Source of the DNA: Eledone cirrhosa
Lineage: Eukaryota
NCBI GenBank assembly: GCA_964016885.1
Contig: OZ024743.1
Coordinates: forward strand, 180,792,001 to 180,856,000
Reading direction: 5' to 3'
DNA length: 64,000 nt
Below are positions 12,213-24,667 of this stretch, piece by piece (positions within the stretch are counted from its first letter, which is position 1; each line of letters opens with the position of its first letter). The notes under the pieces are model-generated. The model ran no database searches and was not told where the DNA came from. It saw nothing but the letters and a program-made list of their open reading frames with translations. The translations under genes and the position numbers were made by a program.

Positions 12213-15093
12213 GTGTTGTAGTTGTAGTTGTTGTTGGTGGTGGTGTTGTTGTTGTTGTAGTTGTAGTTGTTGTTGGTGGTGTTGTTGTTGTAGTTGTTGT
12301 TGGTGGTGGTGTTGTTTTTGTTGTAGTTGTAGTTGTTGTTGGTAGTGGTGTTGTTGTTGTTGTAGTTGTTGTTGGTGGTGTTGTTGTTGTTGTAGTTGTT
12401 GTTGGTGCTGGTGGTGTTGTTGTAGTTGTTGTTGGTGGTGTTGTTGTTGTTGTAGTTGTAGTTGTTGTTGGTGGTGTTGTAGTTGTTGTTGTTGGTGGTG
12501 GTGGTGGTGTTGTTGTAGTTGTTGTTGTTGGTGGTGTTGTAGTTGTTGTAGGTGGTGGTGGTGTTGTTGTTGTAGTTGTTGTTGTTGGTGGTGGTGGTGT
12601 TGTTGTTGTAGTTGTTGTTGGTGGTGGTGTTGTAGTTGTAGTTGGTGGTGGTGGTGTTGTTGTAGTTGTTGTTGGTGGCGGTGTTGTTGTTGTAGTTGTG
12701 GTTGTTGTTGGTGGCGGTGTTGTTGTTGTAGGTGGTGGTGGTGTTGTTGTTGTAGTTGTTGTTGGTGGTGGTGATGTTGTTGTAGTTGTTGTTGGTGGCG
12801 GTGTTGTTGTTGTAGTTGTTGTTGGTGGTGGTGTTGTAGTTGTAGTTGTTGGTGGTGGTGGTGGTGTTGTAGTTGTTGTTGGTGGTGGTGGTGTTGTAGT
12901 TGTTATTGGTGGTGGTGGTGGTGTTGTTGGTGGTGGTGGTGGTGTTGTTGTTGGTGGTGGTGGTGGTGTTGTTGTTGTTGTAGTTGTTGTTGGTGGTGGT
13001 GGTGTTGTTGTAGTTGTTGTTGTTGGTGGTGGTGTTGTAGTTGTTGTTGGTGGTGGTGGTGGTGTTGTTGGTGGTGGTGGTGGTGTTGTTGTTGTTGTAG
13101 TTGTTGTTGGTGGTGGTGGTGTTGTTGTAGTTGTTGTTGTTGGTGGTGGTGTTGTAGTTGTTGTTGTTGGTGGTGGTAGTGGTTGTGTTGTTGTTGGTGG
13201 TGGTGGTGGTGGTGGTGTTGTTGTTGTAGTTGTTGTTGGTGGTGGTGTTGTTGTTGTAGTTGTTGTTGTTGGTGGTGGTGCTGTAGTTGTTGTTGGTGGT
13301 GGTGGTGGTGTTGTTGTTGTTGGTGGTGGTGGTGGTGTTGTTGCTGTTGTAGTTGTTGTTGGTGGTGGTGTTGTAGTTGTTGTTGGTGGTGGTGGTGTTG
13401 TTGTAGTTGTTGTTGGTGCTGGTGGTGTTGTTGTAGTTGTTGTTGGTGGTGGTGTTGTTGTTGTAGTTGTTGGTGGTGGTGGTGGTGTTGTAGTTGTAGT
13501 TGTTGGTGGTGGTGGTGGTGTTGTAGTTGTAGTTGTTGTTGGTGGTGGTGTTGTAGTTGTTGTAGTTGTTGTTGGTGGTGTTGTTGTTGTAGTTGTTGTT
13601 GTTGTTGGTGGTGGTGTTGTAGTTGTAGTTGGTGGTGGTGTTGTTGTTGTAGTTGTAGTTGTTGTTGTAGGTGGTGTTGTTGTTGTAGTTGTTGTTGGTG
13701 GTGGTGGTGTTGTAGTTGTAGTTGTTGTTGGTGGTGGTGTTGTAGTTGTAGTTGTTGTTGTAGGTGGTGTTGTTGTTGTAGTTGTTGTTGTTGGTGGTGA
13801 TGTTGTTGTAGTTGTTGTTGGTGGTGGTGGTGTTGTTGTAGTTGTTGTTGGTGGCGTTGTTGTAGTTGTAGTTGTTGTTGGTGGTGGTGTTGTTGTTGTT
13901 GTAGTTGTTGTTGGTGGTGGTGGTGTTGTTGTAGTTGTTGTTGTTGGTGGTGTTGTAGCTGTAGTTGTTGTTGGTGGTGGTGTTGTAGCTGTAGTTGTTG
14001 TTGGTGGTGGTGTTGTAGTTGTAGTTGTTGGTGGTGCTGGTGTTGTAGTTGTTGTTGGTGGTGGTGTTGTAGTTGTAGTTGTTGTTGGTGGTGGTGTTGT
14101 TGTTGTAGTTGTAGTTGTTGTTGTAAGTGGTGTTGTTGTTGTAGTTGTTGTTGTTGGTGGTGGTGTTGTTGTAGTTGTAGTTGTTGGTTGTGGTGGTGTT
14201 GTTGTTGTTGTAGTTGTTGTTGGTGGTGGTGGTGTTGTTCTAGTTGTTGTTGTTGGTGGTGGTGTTGTTGTAGTTGTTGTTGGTGCTGGTGGTGTTGTTG
14301 TAGTTGTTGTTGGTGGCGGTGTTGTAGTTGTAGTTGTTGTTGGTGGTGGTGTTGTAGTTGTAGTTGTTGGTGGTGGTGGTGTTGTAGTTGTTGTTGGTGG
14401 TGGTGTTGTAGTTGTAGTTGTTGTTGTAAGTGGTGTTGTTGTTGTAGTTGTTGTTGTTGGTGGTGGTGGTGTTGTAGTTGTAGTTGTTGGTTGTGGTGGT
14501 GTTGTTGTTGTTGTAGTTGGTGTTGGTGGTGGTGGTGTTGTTCTAGTTGTTGTTGTTGGTGGTGGTGTTGTTGTAGTTGTTGGTGGTGTTGTAGTTGTAG
14601 TTGTTGTTGTTGGTGGTGGTGTTGTAGTTGTAGTTGTTGTTGTTGGTGGTGGTGTTGTAGTTGTAGTTGTTGGTGGTGGTGGTGTTGTAGTTGTAGTTGT
14701 TGTTGGTGGCGGTGTTGTTGTTGTAGTTGTTGTTGGTGGTGGTGGTGGTGTTGTAGTTGTTGTTGGTGGCGGTGTTGTAGTTGTAGTTGTTGTTGGTGGT
14801 GGTGTTGTTGTTGTAGTTGTTGTTGGTGGTGGTGGTGGTTTTGTTGTTGTAGTTGTTGTTGGTGGTGGTGTTGTAGTTGTAGTTGTTGTTGGTGGTGGTG
14901 TTGTAGTTGTAGTTGTTGTTGGTGGTGGTGTTGTTGTTGTAGTTGTTGTTGGTGGCGGTGGTGGTGTTGTTGTTGTAGTTGTAGTTGTTGTTGGTGGTGG
15001 TGGTGTTGTTGTAGTTGTTGGTGGCGGTGGTGTTCTTGTTGTAGTTGTAGTTGTTGTTGGTGGTGGTGTTGTAGTTGTAGTTGTTGTTGGTGG

Positions 15094-15132
<39 letters not shown>
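15094..15132 (+). repeat. Longest pure (TGT)n tract seen, n=13
   Basis: Read directly. It appears as 13 consecutive Cys in ORF 14188..16314. Confidence 0.85.
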
Positions 15133-15873
15133 AGTTGTAGTTGTTGTTGGTGGTGGTGTTGTAGTTGTAGTTGTTGGTGGTGGTGGTGTTGTTGTTGTAG
15201 TTGTTGTTGGTGGTGGTGTTGTAGTTGTAGTTGTTGTTGGTGGTGGTGTTGTTGTTGTTGTAGTTGTAGTTGTTGTTGGTGGTGTTGTTGTTGTAGTTGT
15301 TGTTGGTGGTGGTGTTGTTTTTGTTGTAGTTGTAGTTGTTGTTGGTGGTGGTGTTGTTGTTGTTGTTGGTGGCGGTGTTGTAGTTGTAGTTGTTGTTGGT
15401 GGCGGTGTTGTTGTTGTAGTTGTTGTTGGTGGTGGTGTTGTAGTTGTAGTTGTTGTTGGTGGTGGTGTTGTTGTTGTTGTTGGTGGCGGTGTTGTAGTTG
15501 TAGTTGTTGTTGGTGGCGGTGTTGTTGTTGTAGTTGTTGTTGGTGGTGGTGTTGTAGTTGTAGTTGTTGTTGGTGGCGGTGTTGTAGTTGTAGTTGTTGT
15601 TGGTGGCGGTGTTGTTGTTGTAGTTGTTGTTGGTGGTGGTGTTGTAGTTGTAGTTGTTGTTGGTGGTGGTGTTGTTGTTGTTGTAGTTGTAGTTGTTGTT
15701 GGTGGTGTTGTTGTTGTAGTTGTTGTTGGTGGTGGTGTTGTTTTTGTTGTAGTTGTAGTTGTTGTTGGTGGTGGTGTTGTTGTTGTTGTAGTTGTTGTTG
15801 GTGGTGTTGTTGTTGTTGTAGTTGTAGTTGTTGTTGGTGGTGTTGTAGTTGTTGTTGTTGTTGTTGGTGGTTG

Positions 15874-15904
<31 letters not shown>

Positions 15905-16661
15905 GTTGTTGTTGTAGTTGTTGTTGGTGGTGGTGTTGTTGTTGTAGTTGTTGTTGTTGGTGGTGGTGTTGTAGTTGTTGGTGGTGGTGGTGGTGTTGTT
16001 GTTGTTGTAGTTGTTGTTGGTGGCGGTGTTGTAGTTGTTGGTGGTGGTGGTGGTGTTGTTGTTGTTGGTGGTGGTGGTGGTGTTGTTGTTGTAGTTGTTG
16101 GTGGTGGTGGTGTTGTTGTTGTTGTTGTTGTTGGTGGTGGTGGTGTTGTTGTTGTAGTTGTTGTTGGTGGTGGTGTTGTTGTTGTTGTTGGTGGTGTTGT
16201 AGTTGTAGTTGTTGTTGGTGGCGGTGTTGTTGTTGTAGTTGTTGTTGGTGGTGGTCCTGGTGTTGTAGTTGTAGTTGTTGGTGGCGGTGGTGTTGTAGTT
16301 GTAGTTGTTGTTGATGGTGGTGGTGGTGTTGTAGTTGTAGTTGTTGGTTGCGGTGCTTTTGTTGTAGTTGTTGTTGTTGTTGGTTGTGGTGTTGTTGTAG
16401 TTGGTGGTGGTGGTGGTGGTGTTGTTGTTGTAGTTGTTGTTGGTGGTGGTGGTGTTGTTGTAGTTGTTGGTGGTGGTGGTGTTGTAGTTGTTGGTGGTGG
16501 TGGTGTTGTAGTTGAAGTTGTTGGTGGTGGTGGTATTGTAGTTGTAGTTGTTGTTGGTGGTGGTGGTGTTGTAGTTGTAGTTGTTGTTGGTGGTGGTGGT
16601 GTTGTTGTAGTTGTTGGTGGTGGTGGTGTTGTAGTTGTAGTTGTTGGTGGTGATGGTGGTG

Positions 16662-16693
<32 letters not shown>

Positions 16694-19296
16694 GTTGTTG
16701 TTAGTAGTTGTTGTTGGTGGTGGTGTTGTTGTTGTTGTTGGTGGTGTTGTAGTTGTAGTTGTTGTTGGTGGAGGTGTTGTTGTTGTAGTTGCTGTTGGTG
16801 GTGGTGGTGGTGGTGTAGTTGTAGTTGTTGGTGGCGGTGGTCTTGTAGTTGTAGTTGTTGTTGGTGGTGGTGGTGGTGTTGTAGTTGTAGTTGTTGGTTG
16901 CGGTGCTGTTGTTGTAGTTGTTGTTGTTGTTGGTTGTGGTGTTGTTGTAGTTGTTGGTGGCGGTGGTGTTGTTGTTTTAGTTGTTGTTGGTGGTGGTGTT
17001 GTAGTTGTAGTTGTTGTTGGTGACGGTGTTGTTGTTGTAGTTGTAGTTGTTGTTGGTGGTGGTGTTGTTGTTGTAGTTGTTGTTGTTGGTTTTGGTGTTG
17101 TAGTTGTAGTTGTTGTTGGTGGTGTTGTTGTTGTTGTAGTTGTTGTTGTTGGTTTTGGTGTTGTAGTTGTAGTTGTTGTTGGTGGTGTTGTAGTTGTAGT
17201 TGTTGTTGGTGGTGTTGTTGTTGTTGTAGTTGTTGTTGGTGCTGGTGGTGTTGTTGTAGTTGTTGTTGGTGGTGGTGGTATTGTAGTTGTAGTTGTTGTT
17301 GGTGCTGGTGGTGTTGTAGTTGTAGTTGTTGTTGGTGGTGTTGTTGTTGTTGTAGTTGTAGTTGTTGGTGGTGGTGGTGTTGTTGTTGGTGGTGGTGTTG
17401 TTGTTGTTGTTAGTGGTGGTGTTGTAGTTGTAGTTGTTGTTGGTGGTGGTGTTGTAGTTGTAGTTGTTGTTGGTGTGTTGTTGTTGTTGTAGTTGTTGTT
17501 GGTGCTGGTATTGTTGTTGTAGTTGTTGTTGGTGGTGGTGTTGTTGTTGTTGTTGGTGGTGGTGTTGTAGTTGTAGTTGTTGTTGGTGGTGGTGTTGTAG
17601 TTGTAGTTGTTGTTGGTGTGTTGTTGTTGTTGTTGTAGTTGTTGTTGGTGCTGGTGGTGTTGTTGTAGTTGTTGTTGGTGGTGGTGGTATTGTTGTTGTA
17701 GTTGTTGTTGGTGCTGGTGGTGGTGTTGTTGTAGTTGTTGTTGGTGGTGGTGGTGTTGTTGTTGTAGTTGTTGTTGGTGGTGTAGTTGTTGTTGTAGTTT
17801 TGTTGTTGTTGGTGGTGGTGTTGTAGTTGTAGTTGTTGTTGGTGGTGGTGTTGTAGTTGTAGTTGTTGTTGGTGGTGGTGTTGTAGTTGTAGTTGTTGTT
17901 GTTGGAGGTGTTGTAGTTGTAGTTGTTGGTGGTGGTGTTGTTGTTGTTGGTGGTGGTGGTGTTGTAGTTGTAGTTGTTGTTGGTGGTGGTGTTGTAGTTG
18001 TAGTTGTTGTTGGTGGTGGTGTTGTTGTTGTAGTTGTTGTTGTTTGTGGTGGTGTTGTAGTTGTAGTTGTTGTTGGTGGTGGTGTTGTAGTTGTAGTTGT
18101 TGTTGGTGGTGGTGTTGTTGTTGTAGTTGTTGTTGGTGGTGGTGTTGTTGTTGTTGGTGGTGGTGTTGTAGTTGTAATTGTTGTTGGTGGTGGTGTTGTA
18201 GTTGTAGTTGTTGTTGGTGGTGGTGTTGTTGTTGTTGTAGTTGTTGTTGGTGGTGGTGGTGTTGTTGTTGTAGTTGTTGTTGGTGGTGGTGTTGTAGTTG
18301 TAGTTGTTGGTGGTGGTGTTGTTGTAGTTGTAGTTGGTGGTGGTGGTGGTGGTGTTGTAGTTGTTGTTGTTGTTGGTGGTGGTGTTGTAGTTGTAGTTGT
18401 TGTTGTTGGTGGTAGTGTTGTTGTAGTTGTTGTTGGTGGTGGTGGTGTAGTTGTAGTTGTTGTTGGTGGCGGTGTTGTTGTTGTAGTTGTGGTTGTTGTT
18501 GGTGGTGGTGTTGTAGTTGTAGTTGTTGTTGGTGGCGGTGTTGTTGTTGTTGTAGTTGTAGTTGTTGTTGGAGGTGGTGTTGTAGTTGTTGTTGTTGTTG
18601 GAGGTGGGTTGTAGTTGTTGTTGGTGGTGGTGTTGTAGTTGTAGTTGTTGTTGGAGTTGGTGTTGTAGTTGTTGGTGGTGGTGTTGTAGTTGTAGTTGTT
18701 GGTGGTGGTGTTGTTGTAGTTGTAGTTGGTGGTGGTGTTGTAGTTGTAGTTGTTGTTGGTGGCGGTGTTGTTGTTGTTGTAGTTGTTGTTGTTGTTGGTG
18801 GTGTTGTAGTTGTAGTTGTTGTTGGTGGTGGTGTTGTAGTTGTAGTTGTTGTTGGTGGTGGTGTTGTAGTTGTAGTTGTTGTTGGTGGTGGTGTTGTAGT
18901 TGTAGTTGTTGTTGGTGGTGGTGTTGTAGTTGTAGTTGGTGGTGGTGTTGTTGTTGTAGTTGTTGTTGTTGGTGGTGTTGTAGTTGTAGTTGTTGTTGTT
19001 GGTGGTGTTGTAGTTGTAGTTGTTGTTGTTGGTGGTGGTGTTGTAGTTGTAGTTGTTGTTGGTGGTGGTGGTGTTGTTGTTGTTGTTGTTGTTGGTGCTG
19101 GTGGTGTTGTTGTAGTTGTTGTTGGTGGTGTTGTTGTTGTTGTAGTTGTAGTTGTTGTTGGTGGTGTTGTAGTTGTTGTTGTTGTTTTTGTTGTAGGTGG
19201 TGGTGGTGTTGTTGTTGTAGTTGTTGTTGGTGGTGGTGGTGGTGTTGTTGTTGTAGTTGTTGTTGGTGGTGGTGTTGTAGTTGTAGTTGGTGGTTG

Positions 19297-19327
<31 letters not shown>

Positions 19328-19999
19328 GGTGTTGTTGTAGTTGTTGTTGGTGGTGGTGTTGTTGTTGTAGTTGTTGTAGTTGGTGGTGGTGTTGTAGTTG
19401 TTGTTGGTGGTGGTGGTGGTGTTGTTGTTGTTGGTGTTGGTGGTGGTGTTGTTGTTGTTGTAGTTGTTGTTGGTGGTGGTGTTGTAGTTGTTGTTGGTGG
19501 TGGTGGTGTTGTTGTAGTTGTAGTTGTTGTTGGTGGTGGTGTTGTAGTTGTAGTTGTTGTTGGTGGTGGTGGTGTTGTTGTTGTAGTTGGTGGTGGTGGT
19601 GGTATTGTTGTTGTAGTTGTTGTTGGTGGTGGTGTTGTAGTTGTAGTTGTTGTTGGTGGTGGTGTTGTTGTAGTTGTTGTTGTTGGTGGTGGTGTTGTAG
19701 TTGTAGTTGTTGGTGGTGGTGGTGGTGTTGTAGTTGTAGTTGTTGTTGGTGGTGGTGTTGTTGTTGTTGTAGTTGTTGCTGGTGGTGGTGGTGTTGTAGT
19801 TGTAGTTGGTGGTGGTGTTGTTGTTGTTGTAGGTGGTGTTGTTGTTGTTGTAGTTGTTGTTGTTGGTGGTGGTGTTGTAGTTGTATTTGGTGGTGGTGTT
19901 GTTGTTGTTGTAGTTGTTGTTGGTGGTGGTGGTGTTGTTGTAGTTGTTGTTGGTGCTGGTGTTGTAGTTGTAGTTGTTGGTGGTGGTGGTGGTGTTGTA

Positions 20000-20834
20000 G
20001 TTGAATTTGTTGCTGTTGGTGGTGGTGGTGTTGTTGTTGTAGTTGTTGTTGGTGGTGGTGTTGTTGTTGTTGTTGTTGGTGGTGGTGGTGTTGTTGTTGT
20101 AGTTGTTGGTGGTGTTGTAGTTGTTGTTGGTGGTGGTGGTGGTGTTGTAGTTGTAGTTGTTGTTGGTGGTGGTGTTGTAGTTGTAGTTGGTGTTGGTGGT
20201 GTTTTTGTAGTTGTAGTTGGTGGTGGTGGTGGTGTTGTAGTTGTTGTTGGTGGTGGTGTTGTTGTTGTAGTTGTTGTTGGTGGCGGTGTTGTTGTTGTAG
20301 TTGTGGTTGTTGTTGGTGGTGGTGTTGTTGTTGTAGTTGTTGTTGGTGGTGGTGGTGTTGTTGTAGTTGTTGTTGGTGGCGGTGTTGTAGTTGTAGTTGT
20401 TGGTGGTGGTGGTGGTGTTGTAGTTGTAGTTGTTGGTGGTGGTGGTGGTGTTGTAGTTGTTGTTGTTGGTGGTGGTGTTGTAGTTGTAGTTGTTGTTGGT
20501 GGTGGTGTTGTAGTTGTAGTTGTTGTTGGTGGTGGTGTTGTTGTTGTAGTTGTTGGTGGTGGTGTTGTAGTTGTAGTTGTTGGTGGTGGTGGTGGTGTTG
20601 TAGTTGTAGTTGGTGGTGGTGGTGGTGTTGTAGTTGTAGTTGTTGGTGTTGGTGGTGGTGTTGTTGTAGTTGTTGGTGGTGGTGGTGGTGTTGTAGTTGA
20701 AGTTGTTGGTGGTGGTGGTATTGTAGTTGTAGTTGTTGTTGGTGGTGGTGGTGTTGTAGTTGTAGTTGTTGTTGGTGTTGTTGTAGTTGTTGGTGGTGGT
20801 GGTGTTGTAGTTGTAGTTGTTGGTGGTGGTGGTG

Positions 20835-20866
<32 letters not shown>

Positions 20867-23800
20867 GTTGTTGTTGTAGTTGTTGTTGGTGGTGGTGGTG
20901 TTGTTGTTGTTGTTGGTGGTGTTGTAGTTGTAGTTGTTGTTGGTGGCGGTGTTGTTGTTGTAGTTGTTGTTGGTGGTGGTGGTGGTGTTGTAGTTGTAGT
21001 TGTTGGTGGCGGTGGTGTTGTAGTTGTAGTTGTTGTTGATGGTGGTGGTGGTGTTGTAGTTGTAGTTGTTGGTTGCGGTGCTTTTGTTGTAGTTGTTGTT
21101 GTTGTTGGTTGTGGTGTTGTTGTAGTTGGTGGTGGTGGTGGTGGTGTTGTTGTTGTAGTTGTTGTTGGTGGTGGTGGTGGTGTTGTAGTTGTTGGTGGTG
21201 GTGGTGTTGTAGTTGTAGTTGTTGGTGGTGGTGGTGTTGTTGTTGTTGGTGGTGTTGGTGGTGTTGTTGTTGTTGTTGGTGGTGGTGGTGGCGGTGTTGT
21301 TGTTGTAGTTGTTGTTGGATGTGGTGGTGTTGTTGTAGTTGTTGGTGGTGGTGGTGTTGTAGTTGTAGTTGTTGGTGGTGGTGGTGTTGTTGTAGTTGTT
21401 GGTGGTGGTGGTGGTGGTGTTGTTGTTAGTAGTTGTTGTTGGTGGTGGTGTTGTTGTTGTTGTTGGTGGTGTTGTAGTTGTAGTTGTTGTTGGTGGAGGT
21501 GTTGTTGTTGTAGTTGCTGTTGGTGGTGGTGGTGGTGGTGTAGTTGTAGTTGTTGGTGGCGGTGGTGTTGTAGTTGTAGTTGTTGTTGGTGGTTGTGGTG
21601 GTGTTGTAGTTGTAGTTGTTGGTTGCGGTGCTGTTGTTGTAGTTGTTGTTGTTGTTGGTTGTGGTGTTGTTGTAGTTGTTGGTGGCGGTGGTGTTGTTGT
21701 TTTAGTTGTTGTTGTTGGTGGTGTTGTAGTTGTAGTTGTTGTTGGTGACGGTGTTGTTGTTGTAGTTGTAGTTGTTGTTGGTGGTGGTGTTGTTGTTGTA
21801 GTTGTTGTTGTTGGTTTTGGTGTTGTAGTTGTAGTTGTAGTTGGTGGTGTTGTTGTTGTTGTAGTTGTAGTTGTTGTTGGTGGTGTTGTTGTTGTTGTAG
21901 TTGTTGTTGGTGCTGGTGGTGTTGTAGTTGTAGTTGTTGTTGGTGGTGTTGTTGTTGTTGTAGTTGTAGTTGTTGTTGGTGGTGGTGTTGTAGTTGTAGT
22001 TGTTGTTGGTGGTGGTGTTGTTGTTGTAGCTGTTGTTGGTGGTGGTGTTGTTGTTGTTGTTGGTGGTGGTGTTGTAGTTGTAGTTGTTGTTGGTGGTGGT
22101 GTTGTAGTTGTAGTTGTTGTTGGTGTGTTGTTGTTGTTGTAGTTGTTGTTGGTGCTGGTGGTATTGTTGTAGTTGTTGTTGGTGGTGTTGTTGTAGTTGT
22201 TGTTGGTGCTGGTGGTGGTGTTGTTGTAGTTGTTGTTGGTGGTGGTGTTGTTGTTGTAGCTGTTGTTGGTGGTGGTGTTGTTGTTGTTGGTGGTGGTGTT
22301 GTAGTTGTAGTTGTTGTTGGTGGAGGTGTTGTTGTTGTAGTTGCTGTTGGTGGTGGTGGTGGTGGTGTAGTTGTAGTTGTTGGTGGCGGTGGTGTTGTAG
22401 TTGTAGTTGTTGTTGGTGGTGGTGTTGTAGTTGTAGTTGTTGGTTGCGGTGCTGTTGTTGTAGTTGTTGTTGTTGTTGGTTGTGGTGTTGTTGTAGTTGT
22501 TGGTGGCGGTGGTGTTGCTGTTTTAGTTGTTGTTGGTGGTGGTGTTGTAGTTGTAGTTGTTGTTGGTGACGGTGTTGTTGTTGTAGTTGTAGTTGTTGTT
22601 GGTGGTGGTGTTGTTGTTGTAGTTGTTGTTGTTGGTTTTGGTGTTGTAGTTGTAGTTGTTGTTGGTGGTGTTGTTGTTGTTGTAGTTGTAGTTGTTGTTG
22701 GTGGTGTTGTTGTTGTTGTAGTTGTTGTTGGTGCTGGTGGTATTGTAGTTGTAGTTGTTGTTGGTGGTGTTGTTGTTGTAGTTGTTGTTGGTGGTGGTGG
22801 TATTGTAGTTGTAGTTGTTGTTGGTGCTGGTGGTGTTGTAGTTGTAGTTGTTGTTGGTGGTGTTGTTGTTGTTGTAGTTGTAGTTGTTGTTGGTGGTGGT
22901 GTTGTAGTTGTAGTTGTTGTTGGTGGTGGTGTTGTTGTTGTAGCTGTTGTTGGTGGTGGTGTTGTTGTTGTTGTTGGTGGTGGTGTTGTAGTTGTAGTTG
23001 TTGTTGGTGGTGGTGTTGTAGTTGTAGTTGTTGTTGGTGGTGGTGGTGTTGTTGTTGTAGTTGTTGTTGGTGTTGTTGTTGTAGTTGTAGTTGTTGTTGG
23101 TGGTGTTGTTGTTGTTGTAGTTGTTGTTGGTGGTGGTGTTGTTGTTGTAGTTGTTGTTGGTGTTGTTGTTGTAGTTGTAGTTGTTGTTGGTGTTGTTGTT
23201 GTAGTTGTAGTTGTTGTTGGTGGTGGTGTTGTTGTTGTAGTTGTTGTTGGTGGTGGTGTTGTTGTTGTAGTTGTTGTTGGTGGTGGTGTTGTAGTTGTAG
23301 TTGTTCTTGGTGGTGGTGTTGTAGTTGTAGTTGTTGTTGGTGGTGGTGTTGTTGTAGTTGTAGTTGTTGGTGGTGGTGGTGTTGTAGTTGTAGTTGTTGT
23401 TGGTGGCGGTGTTGTTGTTGTAGTTGTTGTTGGTGGTGGTGGTGGTGTTGTAGTTGTTGTTGGTGGCGGTGTTGTAGTTGTAGTTGTTGTTGGTGGTGGT
23501 GTTGTTGTTGTAGTTGTTGTTGGTGGTGGTGTTGTAGTTGTAGTTGTTGTTGTTGGTGGTGTTGTTGTTGTAGTTGTTGTTGGTGGTGTTGTTGTTGTTG
23601 TAGTTGATGTTGGTGGTGGTGTTGTAGTTGTAGTTGTTGTTGGTGGTGGTGTTGTAGTTGTAGTTGTTGGTGGTGGTGTTGTTGTAGTTGTAGTTGGTGG
23701 TGGTGGTGTTGTTGTAGTTGTTGTTGGTGGTGGTGTTGTAGTTGTAGTTGTTGTTGGTGGTGGTGTTGTAGTTGATGTTGGTGGTGGTGGTGGTGTTGTA

Positions 23801-24635
23801 GTTGAATTTGTTGCTGTTGGTGGTGGTGGTGTTGTTGTTGTAGTTGTTGTTGTTGGTGGTGTTGTTGTTGTTGTTGTTGGTGGTGGTGGTGTTGTTGTTG
23901 TAGTTGTTGGTGGTGTTGTAGTTGTTGTTGGTGGTGGTGGTGGTGTTGTAGTTGTAGTTGTTGTTGGTGGTGGTGTTGTAGTTGTAGTTGGTGTTGGTGG
24001 TGTTTTTGTAGTTGTAGTTGGTGGTGGTGGTGGTGTTGTAGTTGTTGTTGGTGGTGGTGTTGTTGTTGTAGTTGTTGTTGGTGGCGGTGTTGTTGTTGTA
24101 GTTGTGGTTGTTGTTGGTGGTGGTGTTGTTGTTGTAGTTGTTGTTGGTGGTGGTGGTGTTGTTGTAGTTGTTGTTGGTGGCGGTGTTGTAGTTGTAGTTG
24201 TTGGTGGTGGTGGTGGTGTTGTAGTTGTATTTGTTGGTGGTGGTGGTGGTGTTGTAGTTGTTGTTGTTGGTGGTGGTGTTGTAGTTGTAGTTGTTGTTGG
24301 TGGTGGTGTTGTAGTTGTAGTTGTTGTTGGTGGTGGTGTTGTTGTTGTAGTTGTTGGTGGTGGTGTTGTAGTTGTAGTTGTTGGTGGTGGTGGTGGTGTT
24401 GTAGTTGTAGTTGGTGGTGGTGGTGGTGTTGTAGTTGTAGTTGTTGGTGTTGGTGGTGGTGTTGTTGTAGTTGTTGGTGGTGGTGGTGGTGTTGTAGTTG
24501 AAGTTGTTGGTGGTGGTGGTATTGTAGTTGTAGTTGTTGTTGGTGGTGGTGGTGTTGTAGTTGTAGTTGTTGTTGGTGTTGTTGTAGTTGTTGGTGGTGG
24601 TGGTGTTGTAGTTGTAGTTGTTGGTGGTGGTGGTG

Positions 24636-24667
<32 letters not shown>

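Larger units (their letters stand above)
9715..16701 (-). other. Longest uninterrupted Thr/Pro reading phase (~2,330 codons), mucin PTS-like candidate
   Basis: Phase is constant between the shifts at ~9714 and ~16702. It translates as TTTTTTTPPP repeats with occasional Ala, Ser, Lys, Gln and Leu. No start, splice site or flanking domain is visible. Confidence 0.25.

Noticed and set aside
18570-18610. GGAGGT Shine-Dalgarno-like motifs near GTG/TTG
   Set aside because: These are single T-to-A variants of GGTGGT, with no credible downstream CDS.
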